Virus record (IMG/VR): IMGVR_UViG_3300033148_005058
Coordinates: 1,187 to 65,186 of that record
Reading direction: 5' to 3' (one strand)
DNA: 64,000 nt
Source of the DNA: a virus
Lineage: Duplodnaviria > Caudoviricetes
The notes below the pieces were generated by a model. That model was not told where the DNA came from. It did not search any database and saw only the letters and a list, made by a program, of their open reading frames with translations. Every line of letters begins with the position of its first letter. Position 1 is the first letter of the stretch. Below, piece after piece: positions 29,716 through 38,895 of the stretch. Made by a program: the position numbers and the translations under genes.

Positions 29716-30868
29716 TTTGTCTCCTTCTTTTTCGCGCGGTACGTTTGCATTCTTTACACCACGATTGCAAGCCATCTTTTGAACGCCGATCCTTAGCAAA
29801 AGCCTCCAATGGTTTCCATTCGCCACAGTAACGGCAAATCTTTTCCTGCACCGGCGAAGGCATAGATTCCCTCTTGTGATAGTTGGCTTTCAATAGAGGC
29901 TCCGGACTGAAGCCACTTGCAATCATTGCGCAAGGTGTTCTAAATGAGCAAGTCTTGCAGGACCACCAGTTGGGTGAAGGTACAATTGGCGTCAGTGGAT
30001 CGATCATCTCACCAACTGTGGCCATAAAACGCTGCCCAAAGGTTTGCATTGCTTGAGGCTGTCGTTTGATTCGCGCTCGCCTGAAAAATGGGTTTTCTTG
30101 CTCGGCCAAGCGCTTTAGGATACTTTGGTAGTCAGCTTCTGGTAGATTGTACTTTGCGATCTCTGCTTTGTAAACTTCATAAGTAGTACGGATACTTTTT
30201 GCCTTGGAAAGAGCACCACTCTTGAGCACTTTAGGAATTGTTGGTACCTTCTTCAACAAAAAGTTATAAACAGTGCCAATGGGCCTAGTATCCTCGAAGC
30301 GAGGATCTATCTGAGCAGCCCACTGGTAAGAAACACACTGTTCATCTATAAACAGTAAACTAAAATCGGGGTAGGTACTCACTGTTTTGTGCTCCAAAAG
30401 CCAGTATGCTCCATCATCCCACTTGCAGAGACCATCTGCCTTTCCCTCGTAGAACACATGTTTTCCTGGAAAGACAGGCAAAGGGAATCGAAACGGAATC
30501 TCTGTACCTAAAGGAGTAAACTTGTCGTGCTTAGGTGCCCACTGCAAATAATGCAGGAGCATTCCCTCTGTCAACTGCGCCATTGCAAAAATATCTTCCC
30601 ATCTTTCAGGCGGGAGATCCTGCTCCTGTAAATCAACTAAGGCATCTGCAAGCCAAGTCTTGAAAATTTTTATCGTCGCCTCAGCATTGAAAGGGTCGTC
30701 TGGATCATAGTAACGGCCCATAGCAACGTGCATCCCTGTGCCGCTCCACAGGTGCTTGTTAGGCCATTTTGGAGTGAGATTGCGACGGAGAGGCGATGTG
30801 AAGTACCAGAGCTGTCGGCAGCTCTTGTAGCAACGCATATCGGAAATATGTATCGGATATTGTTTCAC
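29708..30868 (-). CDS. Cas4/RecB-like PD-(D/E)XK exonuclease with C-terminal zinc-finger
   Basis: GKADGL..LEHKT, CKTCSFRTPC and C-terminal CRYC..WCKEC. Confidence 0.8.
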   Translation of the reverse strand: MKQYPIHISDMRCYKSCRQLWYFTSPLRRNLTPKWPNKHLWSGTGMHVAMGRYYDPDDPFNAEATIKIFKTWLADALVDLQEQDLPPERWEDIFAMAQLTEGMLLHYLQWAPKHDKFTPLGTEIPFRFPLPVFPGKHVFYEGKADGLCKWDDGAYWLLEHKTVSTYPDFSLLFIDEQCVSYQWAAQIDPRFEDTRPIGTVYNFLLKKVPTIPKVLKSGALSKAKSIRTTYEVYKAEIAKYNLPEADYQSILKRLAEQENPFFRRARIKRQPQAMQTFGQRFMATVGEMIDPLTPIVPSPNWWSCKTCSFRTPCAMIASGFSPEPLLKANYHKRESMPSPVQEKICRYCGEWKPLEAFAKDRRSKDGLQSWCKECKRTARKRRRQNG

Positions 30869-30891
30869 AGTCCCCCCAAAATCCTGCTTCT

Positions 30892-30920
30892 ATTATACAA
30901 CACAATTCGAGAAATTGCAA
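30892..30920 (-). promoter_or_regulatory. Sigma70-type promoter
   Basis: TTGCAA-N17-TATAAT on the minus strand upstream of the nuclease gene. Confidence 0.65.
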
Positions 30921-30921
30921 G

Positions 30922-31209
30922 CTATTTGCCTTTGGTACTTTTAAATAGCTTCTCCAAATCTCTACCTAACTCCTCGCCTGCATGGGTACAGATCGTGTAA
31001 TAGAACTTGCGCCCAATCTCGACACGCTCACATAGTTTGGCATCGCAGAGCTTCTGCAAATGGCGACGAATAGAGACCACTTCTTTAGGAGACCAAAGAA
31101 AATTATCTGCTACCTCCTGTGCTGTCATAGGGCTATCGTCGCGTAGCATATCCAGAATTGCCACCCGTATTGATGAACCCAGTGCTTTACACCTCATTGT
31201 TACTGTCAT
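30922..31209 (-). CDS. ArsR-family winged-HTH regulator
   Basis: KALGSSIRVAILDML..IRRHLQKLCDAKL..GRKFYY. Confidence 0.75.
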   Translation of the reverse strand: MTVTMRCKALGSSIRVAILDMLRDDSPMTAQEVADNFLWSPKEVVSIRRHLQKLCDAKLCERVEIGRKFYYTICTHAGEELGRDLEKLFKSTKGK

Positions 31210-31353
31210 TTTTTCTCCCGCCACGTAGAATATAATCGTCTATCGTCGTACCGTTAGTATCGGTAGGCCCCATTATTTTAGCGAGCCATGCAACGAGAAA
31301 CCAAGGTCCTACAGTAAAAGCTAAAGCGAGCAGTATTGAAAGAGCGTCATCCA

Positions 31354-31560
31354 TCACGCATGTTCCACTTCTACGCGGACATATGCTGGAATTGGCAAAC
31401 CATCTACACTATGCCAGTTAGCCTCAGCAATATGTGCTTGCTCTTCAAATAGTATCACCGCCAGGCCATAGAAATAACCCTCTACCAGGTGTACAAACCA
31501 GCCGGGGCCATCTTTCCAGGGTAATACCTTTATAATCTTACCCCTTGGAACTATAAACAT
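31354..31560 (-). CDS. Hypothetical protein
   Basis: GGAGG RBS; 68 aa. Confidence 0.45.
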   Translation of the reverse strand: MFIVPRGKIIKVLPWKDGPGWFVHLVEGYFYGLAVILFEEQAHIAEANWHSVDGLPIPAYVRVEVEHA

Positions 31561-31673
31561 GTTATCCTCCCCAAATGCGAATAGCAGTTATAAGTACATA
31601 GACGCAGACAGCGAATAGAGCACACAAGCTGAAAATTGCAACGCAACCGGAATTTTCATGCGATCCTTCTAAT

Positions 31674-31985
31674 TTAGAACTCATATGCAACCTCATACAT
31701 ACACCCTATGGAGCTAAGAGCCTCCTCTGGAGTATCGTACCAACCTAAATAAGCTCCGCCCTGAATCATCATCCATTGCTCCTGGCCACATATACCCCCG
31801 CGCTGCAAAGCAGTGTTCCAAGGTATCCTCCGCACCGCAGCGCCTAGCTTAGCATCGGGCCGGAGGGCAGCCATTTCGACTAGCAGGAGCTCTATTATCT
31901 TTCCAGCCTCTGGCCATACCCCTCCCCAACTTTTGTACATATCCAATGATGTCTGTATTTCTGCCAGTTGCTTGTCTGTTATCAT
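31674..31985 (-). CDS. Hypothetical protein (LRPxAxxG paralog family)
   Basis: MITDKQLAEI.. and LRPDAKLGAAVRRIP. Confidence 0.55.
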   Translation of the reverse strand: MITDKQLAEIQTSLDMYKSWGGVWPEAGKIIELLLVEMAALRPDAKLGAAVRRIPWNTALQRGGICGQEQWMMIQGGAYLGWYDTPEEALSSIGCMYEVAYEF

Positions 31986-32245
31986 TAGATACCTCTTGGA
32001 CAAATACAATCGAATCGAGTAAGTAGCTCATATCTAGCCGCGTCTGCTCCTGATCGCTCAAAGCCGTCGTTTTCCCAGGAAAACTCCGCAGCAGCTTCAG
32101 CAAGGCCCAAATATATATTCAAGTCCTCTGCATCAGCTTGGAATGCTCTCCACTGAAAAATGAAAGCACGCTCCCAAGCAAGCCTATCAATTGGCTCTGG
32201 GTCTGGCGGGGCAATGGGAAGGCTAGGACACGATTTTGTCAGCAT
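31985..32245 (-). CDS. Hypothetical protein
   Basis: AGGAG RBS; TAATG coupling to the next gene. Confidence 0.45.
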   Translation of the reverse strand: MLTKSCPSLPIAPPDPEPIDRLAWERAFIFQWRAFQADAEDLNIYLGLAEAAAEFSWENDGFERSGADAARYELLTRFDCICPRGI

Positions 32246-32486
32246 TGTCGATCTCCTTATAGTTTTGTCGGCTTTGAAGCCATTTCATATATCTCAAGCC
32301 GCCCTCAGTGTAGACCTTGACTACCGTACCCGTCCATACCGGACAATGACAAGAGGGGCACCGACCGGGGCCGTAGCTGAATAACTCTTCAACTTTAGGC
32401 TCTTGCGGTTGGTGGTAACCACAATAAGGGCATTGCAGTATCTTGGCGCGTACTTCCCTAGTTTCTTTCCCAGCGGGTCGGATCAT
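32223..32486 (-). CDS. Zinc-ribbon protein
   Basis: CPYC..CPSC. Confidence 0.5.
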   Translation of the reverse strand: MIRPAGKETREVRAKILQCPYCGYHQPQEPKVEELFSYGPGRCPSCHCPVWTGTVVKVYTEGGLRYMKWLQSRQNYKEIDNADKIVS

Positions 32487-32639
32487 GCGGTACCTCCTTT
32501 GCTTCCCTCCTGGGAGTGTGGAGATGGGCTTTAGAAACGGAGCTCTCCAGTCTTAAGGGCCTGCAATAGAATACACAGCATCGTACCTAAAAGGGCGAGG
32601 AATACTCCCCATAGGATCTCAATTCTTCTGCTTCTGTCC

Positions 32640-33074
32640 TTATTCATTGATCTCCTCTTTCACGAGCTTAAAGATGGTGCCATATGGAAGGCTTTCTACT
32701 CTCTCATACTTTGGAGGGGGCTTAGGAACCAGGCGCTCAGGCGCAACAAGTCCTCTACGTGCTATTTCAGCATTAATTAGGTTGAGCCACTCTTTACAGT
32801 CCAACGCGTGATCCCACGCTTGCATCATTTCAGCTTCGGCACAGTCTCTAGCCATGTCACCGCGAGGCCCAAATACGGGATCGAAGTAAAACATGGTCAT
32901 CTCACGCACCTCACAGACCCGCCTGTCTAGCGTTCTGGCGATGTTCAAGAGATGCAGATCGTTTAGATCCTTGACGGCTACGCGGTGGCCGTTGATGTCG
33001 TTCCAAACAGGCCCCTTGTAGTCAAGGGCTGCTTCAGGCTCATGCGGCTCAAAGGTGATGGTTATTTTTGACAT
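32640..33074 (-). CDS. Hypothetical protein
   Basis: Start re-assigned to MSKIT.., embedded in the ATTATGTCAA motif. Confidence 0.5.
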   Translation of the reverse strand: MSKITITFEPHEPEAALDYKGPVWNDINGHRVAVKDLNDLHLLNIARTLDRRVCEVREMTMFYFDPVFGPRGDMARDCAEAEMMQAWDHALDCKEWLNLINAEIARRGLVAPERLVPKPPPKYERVESLPYGTIFKLVKEEINE

Positions 33075-33220
33075 AATCCTCGTTCCAGTAATCTGATCAA
33101 CCATGAAACAAAACGGGTAATCCAAGACATTTCAAAGTAGAGCTTCCCAGGGATATATATGTCTTCACCAACGCACTTGGCCCATTCCTGATCCGTCTTT
33201 TCACCTGTCATTGCATACCT

Positions 33221-33748
33221 CTACAAATCTTTCTCGGCTGCTTCTACAAAATGTGGGGTCATTTTACCCTCCTCAACGAATGGCCTCTTGCGGTCCTTGC
33301 TCACGGGACGCATCTTGGGCCACCGCCCTCCTATAACCAGCTCTTTCCGTAAGAGTTCAACCCGCTTTTCAGCATGGGCAGCGTCTTTAGCCCATACAAT
33401 ACCGTTCAGAACTCTCCAAATGTGCCATGTAGCTCCGTTCGGGGGCCAACAAGCCCGCTTCCTAGTGAGCCGTAGCCCTTCAACCTCATCATAGTAGATA
33501 TGGGTTCGGCAAACATCGCAGCTTCCATCCCGCCTCATCTGAACATAAAATGGGTTAAGTCCTTCTTGCACCTTCTTCAGCATCTTGCTGCCGTCTATTA
33601 TCAGCTTCACTACTGGAAGCGGGTTACCTATAACCATGGCTACTTTCTCTGCCAGGTCTCGGGTAGAGAAGCCGCCCACAACCCTAATATCCTTGTCGCC
33701 AGGAGCGGTGTACCCTGGCCCTCCAATTACAACATACACAGTCTCCAT
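33221..33748 (-). CDS. Hypothetical protein
   Basis: GGAGG RBS; VYVV..VVGGFSTRDLAE N-terminal motif common in small phage proteins. Confidence 0.55.
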   Translation of the reverse strand: METVYVVIGGPGYTAPGDKDIRVVGGFSTRDLAEKVAMVIGNPLPVVKLIIDGSKMLKKVQEGLNPFYVQMRRDGSCDVCRTHIYYDEVEGLRLTRKRACWPPNGATWHIWRVLNGIVWAKDAAHAEKRVELLRKELVIGGRWPKMRPVSKDRKRPFVEEGKMTPHFVEAAEKDL

Positions 33749-33790
33749 GTTCCCTCCTACGACGATATAGTCGTCTCATTGTCTATCTAC

Positions 33791-34057
33791 CTATTCGAGT
33801 TGCGTATCGGAGATCATAAAACATTGGAGATAGTCATCACAGTGATAACAGACTACACCGGCCTCCCAGTCAATAGTCCTGAACAAGAGATGGAAGCTAC
33901 GCCCAAGACAGGTTTGTTCTGATGAAGCTAGAGCTGGGACAGCTACAGGTGTTGGCTCTGCTTGCGCTGCCCTTGGAGCGCTACAGCGCCCTAAAGCTCC
34001 GCCGGAAGCAAAGCCCACTAGCACTGATCCTACGAGTACCGCAGAACGAATGTCCAT
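33791..34057 (-). CDS. Small exported/membrane protein
   Basis: N-terminal hydrophobic signal-like segment; Cys-containing C-terminus. Confidence 0.5.
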   Translation of the reverse strand: MDIRSAVLVGSVLVGFASGGALGRCSAPRAAQAEPTPVAVPALASSEQTCLGRSFHLLFRTIDWEAGVVCYHCDDYLQCFMISDTQLE

Positions 34058-34069
34058 CTATCTCCTTTC

Positions 34070-34396
34070 CTAGAGAATAACCGTCGGACACATGTCCGGG
34101 GTAAAAGTGACACCACCTTCTGCCGTGAAGCTAGCAGAGTGAGCAGGTTGCAACCAAATATACCCCGCCTCATCATCAGGGATCAAATACAGCCATGCGC
34201 CACGGTGCCCAATAGCTTTGCCGCGTATTTTACACACGGGGGTCTCCAATGGGACCAGACGTATCTGTCGCGCCCATCCTCGTCGTATTGGAAACTGCCT
34301 CGCCATTGACTTTGTAAGACGCCGCCTTGTATTTTCTGTTACAATCCATGCCTCGCATAGCTTAATCTGCATTCTTACCTTCTCTATTTCGTTCAT
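34070..34396 (-). CDS. Hypothetical protein
   Basis: 3' part of the listed ORF 34070..34597; start uncertain. Confidence 0.35.
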   Translation of the reverse strand: MNEIEKVRMQIKLCEAWIVTENTRRRLTKSMARQFPIRRGWARQIRLVPLETPVCKIRGKAIGHRGAWLYLIPDDEAGYIWLQPAHSASFTAEGGVTFTPDMCPTVIL

Positions 34397-34715
34397 AGTA
34401 CCAGACTTTGGGGGTAGACCGAACAGCTTTACGCTCCCCCGCGTGCCGCATATCGGCAGCCTCTTTTTTGGCTTTCCAAACGTCAAATGCTCGCTTACGC
34501 CTAGCATCTGCTGGGTGGGCACAGGGGCAATTCTCGCGATACTTACAATGTTCGGGCCGCAACAGAACATGTGCTGTCCCCCTCCCGTGTACCTCAACCA
34601 TACAGCTCCCTGTGCAGCCCTCTGGGATGTCTAACTCGTCGGGGCAACAGCCAGATGCACAAAACATTGCATTCTTTTCAAATAGCTCACATACCCGGGG
34701 GTTGCTTTTTGCCAC
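34362..34715 (-). CDS. Cys-rich hypothetical protein
   Basis: Nine Cys in 117 aa; GGGGAG RBS. Confidence 0.4.
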   Translation of the reverse strand: MAKSNPRVCELFEKNAMFCASGCCPDELDIPEGCTGSCMVEVHGRGTAHVLLRPEHCKYRENCPCAHPADARRKRAFDVWKAKKEAADMRHAGERKAVRSTPKVWYYERNREGKNAD

Positions 34716-34832
34716 TGTACTAACTCCCTGAGAGCTTTGAGTTTGAAGCGGACAAGAGCGCGGAGATCACTTGCCCGCTTCGGGGCAGGATACCTATTCA
34801 GTTTTCAATAAAATCTCCGCGTGACCTCAGCT

Positions 34833-35501
34833 TCAGAAAGGGATACTCTCTCTCTGTTGCTCAAGTTTCTCGGCTTTCTCGATACGCCGGACGGCACTCT
34901 TATAGTAATGCGGGTCTATTTCTACCCCCACAAACTTGCGCCCTGTCTGTATACAAGCGACTCCTGTACTCCCAGATCCCATGTATGGGTCAAGTATTGT
35001 ATCACCATACTCAGTGTAGTTTAGAACGATTGTTCTCAGTAAAGCAATAGGCTTTTGAGTGGGATGTACGCGCTTTTCTCTATGCTCAGAGCCTTTCATT
35101 GCACCCATCCAGCGGTGTCGAATGATCCTTGCTGCCTTGCCTTTGTTGGTCCAAATCAACTCGCAGTCTGAATTATCATTGAATCCAAAAGGCCGTTTGC
35201 TTTCAAGGCCATCGAGTTTATCCCAAACAATCCAAGCACCTGAATGCGGCAATCTTTGGCAATACCAGTTAGCACCAAAAAGCACCACCCGCTCGAAAGC
35301 TAACCAAGGTGTTGGGTCAAAAGGTTCATCATCACCTATGATAGCAGGGAAGTCGTTGGATTCTGCTAATCTGCCGCGCTTGCGACTTTTATAAGCTGTT
35401 TTTAGGCTTATTCCATAAGGCGGGTCTGTGATGACTGCATCAATTCCCTCAGCTATTAAGGGTAGCAGTTCCAGACAGTCTCCTATAAAGAGATCAGCCA
35501 T
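34833..35501 (-). CDS. DNA N6-adenine/N4-cytosine methyltransferase (beta class)
   Basis: GDCL, TDPPYG, HPTQKP, DPYMGSGSTG; start re-assigned to MADLF. Confidence 0.9.
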   Translation of the reverse strand: MADLFIGDCLELLPLIAEGIDAVITDPPYGISLKTAYKSRKRGRLAESNDFPAIIGDDEPFDPTPWLAFERVVLFGANWYCQRLPHSGAWIVWDKLDGLESKRPFGFNDNSDCELIWTNKGKAARIIRHRWMGAMKGSEHREKRVHPTQKPIALLRTIVLNYTEYGDTILDPYMGSGSTGVACIQTGRKFVGVEIDPHYYKSAVRRIEKAEKLEQQRESIPF

Positions 35502-35919
35502 CTTTTTGTTCCTGCTTTGCTTTGCATGTATCCAAAGCCTCATTCAGCATTTCTGTAAGCACATCTATGGTAATCTCTCGCTTATGGGGGTCCCATTCGT
35601 AGTCTTGTACCATTGCCCGAACACTTTTTATCTTCTGAGCTCGATAGCAGATTGAGCCGTTGACTTTTACAGACACTTGCCGGTCTGCTAAGCGTTCGGC
35701 ACGTTTCTGCAGGAGCATATCCAGGTCGGTAACGTGTATCCAGAGTTTGGGGCGTCCATTCGGATTATTAAGGGCTAGACGTTTGGTGGCGAGTAGCTTG
35801 CCTGTGCGGATATATTGCCTAATCTGCATAGAGCTGATCCCGCTATACGCAGACGCATTTCGCACGTCCATGCACTCCTCAGCATCTCGTTCCACCGTTA
35901 CAGTATACTTGTCACTCAT
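35494..35919 (-). CDS. HTH DNA-binding protein
   Basis: MDVRNASAYSGISSMQIRQYIRTGKL, excisionase-like HTH. Confidence 0.6.
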   Translation of the reverse strand: MSDKYTVTVERDAEECMDVRNASAYSGISSMQIRQYIRTGKLLATKRLALNNPNGRPKLWIHVTDLDMLLQKRAERLADRQVSVKVNGSICYRAQKIKSVRAMVQDYEWDPHKREITIDVLTEMLNEALDTCKAKQEQKDG

Positions 35920-36023
35920 TTCTTTCTCCTTATATGAAGTTGCGCAGCTATTATTAGCTGCTATTGACTTTGCATAGTAGGCACATTATCTACTAGCAAT
36001 GGGATATGTGGCTCAGTACGGTT

Positions 36024-36052
36024 ATTATATCACAAATCACTAATCAATGCAA
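36024..36052 (-). promoter_or_regulatory. Sigma70-type promoter with extended -10
   Basis: TTGCAT-N17-TATAAT with TG at -15/-14. Confidence 0.65.
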
Positions 36053-36063
36053 GTAGCTAAAGG

Positions 36064-36324
36064 CTAGTTTGTAGACATAATGTTACGTTCCAGCATATTT
36101 GAGCGAGTTCGCAGTTCCATAATAGCCTCTCGCTGTTTGCAGACTCTAACATCCAGGTCCTTATAGAGCTTTGCCAAAAGCCGGATTGACATTAGCGCCG
36201 ATTCAAATAGTACAGTCATCTCATCCAGAGTCTTCGTGTGCTGGTTGGTTTTGTTCTCAATTTCCGCAATCCAGTTAAAGGTACTTTGATCACTCACGAT
36301 ATTTGTCCTTGTGCATTTCGTCAT
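36064..36324 (-). CDS. Hypothetical coiled-coil protein
   Basis: Listed ORF; start uncertain. Confidence 0.4.
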   Translation of the reverse strand: MTKCTRTNIVSDQSTFNWIAEIENKTNQHTKTLDEMTVLFESALMSIRLLAKLYKDLDVRVCKQREAIMELRTRSNMLERNIMSTN

Positions 36325-36441
36325 CGGTTAAGCAGGCTATGCCCGCCAGTGCCAGTATAATAACTAATAGAATACCTCGGCAAGTCCAAACTACGTAAAT
36401 TGCACCTAGTAAAAAGATAACTCCCAATGCTTTCTTTACCA

Positions 36442-36768
36442 TCAATCTGCACACTTTTCATAAGCAGCTTGAAGCGCGAGATGCGTTTCTGGATGGTCCA
36501 GAGAATACGCTGCTATAATACTTTGATCAGATTCATGCCACGGTAAGGAGATAGCTAAGTAAGCCTCTATTTTGGCTACACAATCTTTGAGAGTCTTAGC
36601 CCTAGCAATACGACTGCCTGTATGTACATGGTCCAAGCACCACCAACCGCCCAACTTGTAGACTGCAAAGTGCGTTGCATAAATCCTGGCAGGCATAGGC
36701 TCCTTGGTAACTTTGTTGTCTTTGACCATAGACCGCCAAATCGTTCCCTTGATAGGTTTTAGGCTCAT
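36442..36768 (-). CDS. Hypothetical protein, paralog of the upstream gene
   Basis: ARIYA.HFAVYK..LDH..TG..LKDCVAKIEA shared with 36765..37475. Confidence 0.6.
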   Translation of the reverse strand: MSLKPIKGTIWRSMVKDNKVTKEPMPARIYATHFAVYKLGGWWCLDHVHTGSRIARAKTLKDCVAKIEAYLAISLPWHESDQSIIAAYSLDHPETHLALQAAYEKCAD

Positions 36769-37475
36769 GTTTCCACCTCGATAATCTTGTGCGCCACTGC
36801 CCAGCGCATTAGCGATTTTAGAGCACTACCATTGAGAGGATGTCCCATTTTGGTGAACCGTATCTCTTGCAGCGGCGCTGCCATAATCTCATCATAGGCT
36901 TCTTGAGCGGATCGGTAGCAATTAACCTGCTCCTCAACAAGGTCAAGGCGGATGCGTTCCTCAATCATCTGTTTGGTAATTTTGTGAAAGTGATCTTGCT
37001 CCCACAAAGTGCGAAAGGCACAGGCATAGGGGCAATAGCTATTGTGATATTCTAGTGCAGAGGCCAGTGTCCCGTAAGCCGCCGGCTCTTTAGGCTTTGG
37101 TTCTGGCCTAGGTTTGTATGGCACAACAGTTCGTAGCGCTGCTCTATATTCCTGTACCAGTTCCGTGAGTGATGAGAATAGTTCCGTCCACTTAGCTGGG
37201 TCAGGTTCTGACCAAGGCAGGTTTAGCTGCAGCAACGCCTCGATTTTAGCAACGCAGTCCTTTAGCCTCTTACCAGTAGCCATGTTCAAGCCAGTCGGTA
37301 TGTGATCCAGTCGGTAGTGTGTATTGCTGTACTTTCCAACCTTGTACACCGCAAAGTATTTTGCGTAGATTCTTGCTTCTTGCGTTATTGTATAGCTGTC
37401 CGGTGTGTCAGGCGGGTCGCTATAGTACCTTGACATTTTACGCTCGAAGGTTCCGTAGGTATGTTTGAGTGTCAT
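36765..37475 (-). CDS. Hypothetical protein, paralog of the downstream gene
   Basis: Start re-assigned to MTLKHT; shared domain plus a C-terminal extension. Confidence 0.6.
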   Translation of the reverse strand: MTLKHTYGTFERKMSRYYSDPPDTPDSYTITQEARIYAKYFAVYKVGKYSNTHYRLDHIPTGLNMATGKRLKDCVAKIEALLQLNLPWSEPDPAKWTELFSSLTELVQEYRAALRTVVPYKPRPEPKPKEPAAYGTLASALEYHNSYCPYACAFRTLWEQDHFHKITKQMIEERIRLDLVEEQVNCYRSAQEAYDEIMAAPLQEIRFTKMGHPLNGSALKSLMRWAVAHKIIEVET

Positions 37476-37482
37476 AATTTCC

Positions 37483-37899
37483 CTATTCCCAAGGTGCCTC
37501 AATATATTCTTGTGAGTTATATACAATTCTCGCTGCCAATTTGTTCCACAACGACTCCAGTGCTTTGTACAGCCCTCTCTCTGGTATATCTCCCTCTGTA
37601 CATTGATACAAAAAGCAGGCAAGAGATTTTAGCACCTGCACAGGGGGTTTGGTGGAAAATGCGTAGGTTTTGTACGGTGCGATGCGGGAGATCCACCCAT
37701 AACGCTGGGCAAATGCCGCGTGATTCAACTTGGTCATAGCATGTGCCAAATACATAAGCCCCTCTTCATAATCGTTATCTAAGAGCGACGGTTCGCGCAT
37801 ACTCTGATGCTGCATTATATGCTGCTTTGCCCAAGGATTGTCAAAAATGTACGATACAATCGTACCGATTGTATCCGCCTCTACTATAAAACAGCTCAT
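37483..37899 (-). CDS. Conserved phage early protein
   Basis: MSCFIV..N..A...RY..LKSLACFLYQC.E pattern recognised from phage/plasmid hypothetical proteins. Confidence 0.6.
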   Translation of the reverse strand: MSCFIVEADTIGTIVSYIFDNPWAKQHIMQHQSMREPSLLDNDYEEGLMYLAHAMTKLNHAAFAQRYGWISRIAPYKTYAFSTKPPVQVLKSLACFLYQCTEGDIPERGLYKALESLWNKLAARIVYNSQEYIEAPWE

Positions 37900-37910
37900 T
37901 TGTAAACTCC

Positions 37911-38144
37911 TTAATCCAAGTTCGCCAATGCCTCTTTGAGAACGCGCCAGGGGCAGAACTCCTTGTGATTCTGGGGATTTTGAAGCCAGGTAATAATTTC
38001 ATCTAAACAGGTGTATTTGTCCTGTTCTGGCCGGGACCAACAATATGGACAAACCCATTTCCCCATTTCGCTTTTATGACGTGGCGTGTAGTGACTAAGC
38101 TCTTCGGCGGCGTCGATAACATCTTGACGTATAGACTTTGGCAT
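37911..38144 (-). CDS. Small zinc-binding hypothetical protein
   Basis: CPYC..H...CP; GGAGG RBS before MPKS. Confidence 0.5.
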   Translation of the reverse strand: MPKSIRQDVIDAAEELSHYTPRHKSEMGKWVCPYCWSRPEQDKYTCLDEIITWLQNPQNHKEFCPWRVLKEALANLD

Positions 38145-38145
38145 G

Positions 38146-38337
38146 TTACCTCCATGTCTCAAGGCTAGGGGTTAATATCCATTTCTCAATGCTAACAATA
38201 GCCCAAAACAACAGCGACTTAGCTATGTCTCCCGCGTTCTTTGCTAGTTCCGGTGATGTGCAGATTTCTATAACACCCATAGAAGTAGCAGAATCTGCAC
38301 TCCACCCATAAACTAGCTAAGCATATTGCGTTGACAT
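38146..38337 (-). pseudogene. 63-codon gene with in-frame TAG at codon 7
   Basis: MSTQYA*LVYGWSADSATSMGVIEICTSPELAK..IEKWILTPSLETWR; exactly fills the gap between neighbours. Confidence 0.6.
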
Positions 38338-38694
38338 TTACCACCCTCTCTTTTTTTTGGAGAGAAAATCAGCGGCTACTGTTTCGGCAGCAATCCACAC
38401 AACCTGATTCTTGAATTGGATGTCTGACTCACAAGCAGCACCCCGAGAGTACGCTACTACTAGCAGCAACGGACTTCGGTAATCTAAATACCGTGCTGTA
38501 TTGCATAGAATGTACCAAAGCTCATCCGTGTATTTCTCGTAAAGTGTGGCTGTCTCGTTATAGTATGTCAATCCAGGGAACCCGGTAATAGCACCATGTA
38601 TCACCAAATCGCTAAGACAACCAGTATCGTCGTTGTCATCCTGCGGTCCCAAAGTCTCGACAAGCCACTCTTTAAACGTTGCATACTCAGGCAT
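38338..38694 (-). CDS. Conserved acidic phage early protein
   Basis: DL..HG...G..GLTYY.ET..LYEKY..E.W and KN..VW.AAE pattern. Confidence 0.55.
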   Translation of the reverse strand: MPEYATFKEWLVETLGPQDDNDDTGCLSDLVIHGAITGFPGLTYYNETATLYEKYTDELWYILCNTARYLDYRSPLLLVVAYSRGAACESDIQFKNQVVWIAAETVAADFLSKKKRGW

Positions 38695-38695
38695 T

Positions 38696-38893
38696 TTATT
38701 CTTCTCCTCTTGCAGTCTTCGATAGCTGGGATATAACTTCATTACGCACTTTGTTAATTACACGTAGCTGTTCTTTTGCCCACGTTCGGCTCACCTGACG
38801 TGCGCCTTCCTGGGACCATAACAGCAACTCTGCATGTGCTTTCCACAGGTGGTCGGAGGCTTTTTGCAAACGTAGTGTACTTTGTGTTGACAT
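38696..38893 (-). CDS. Small helical hypothetical protein
   Basis: MST start within the TTATGTCAA motif. Confidence 0.5.
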   Translation of the reverse strand: MSTQSTLRLQKASDHLWKAHAELLLWSQEGARQVSRTWAKEQLRVINKVRNEVISQLSKTARGEE

Positions 38894-38895
38894 AA

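Noticed and set aside
29708-30868. Cas4 as part of a CRISPR-Cas system
   Set aside because: Stand-alone in a phage recombination module with AAA_24 and SSB; no array or other cas genes.
34750-34830. Stem-loop with a UUCG loop as an ncRNA
   Set aside because: Short and not assignable to a family; may simply be a terminator or processing hairpin.
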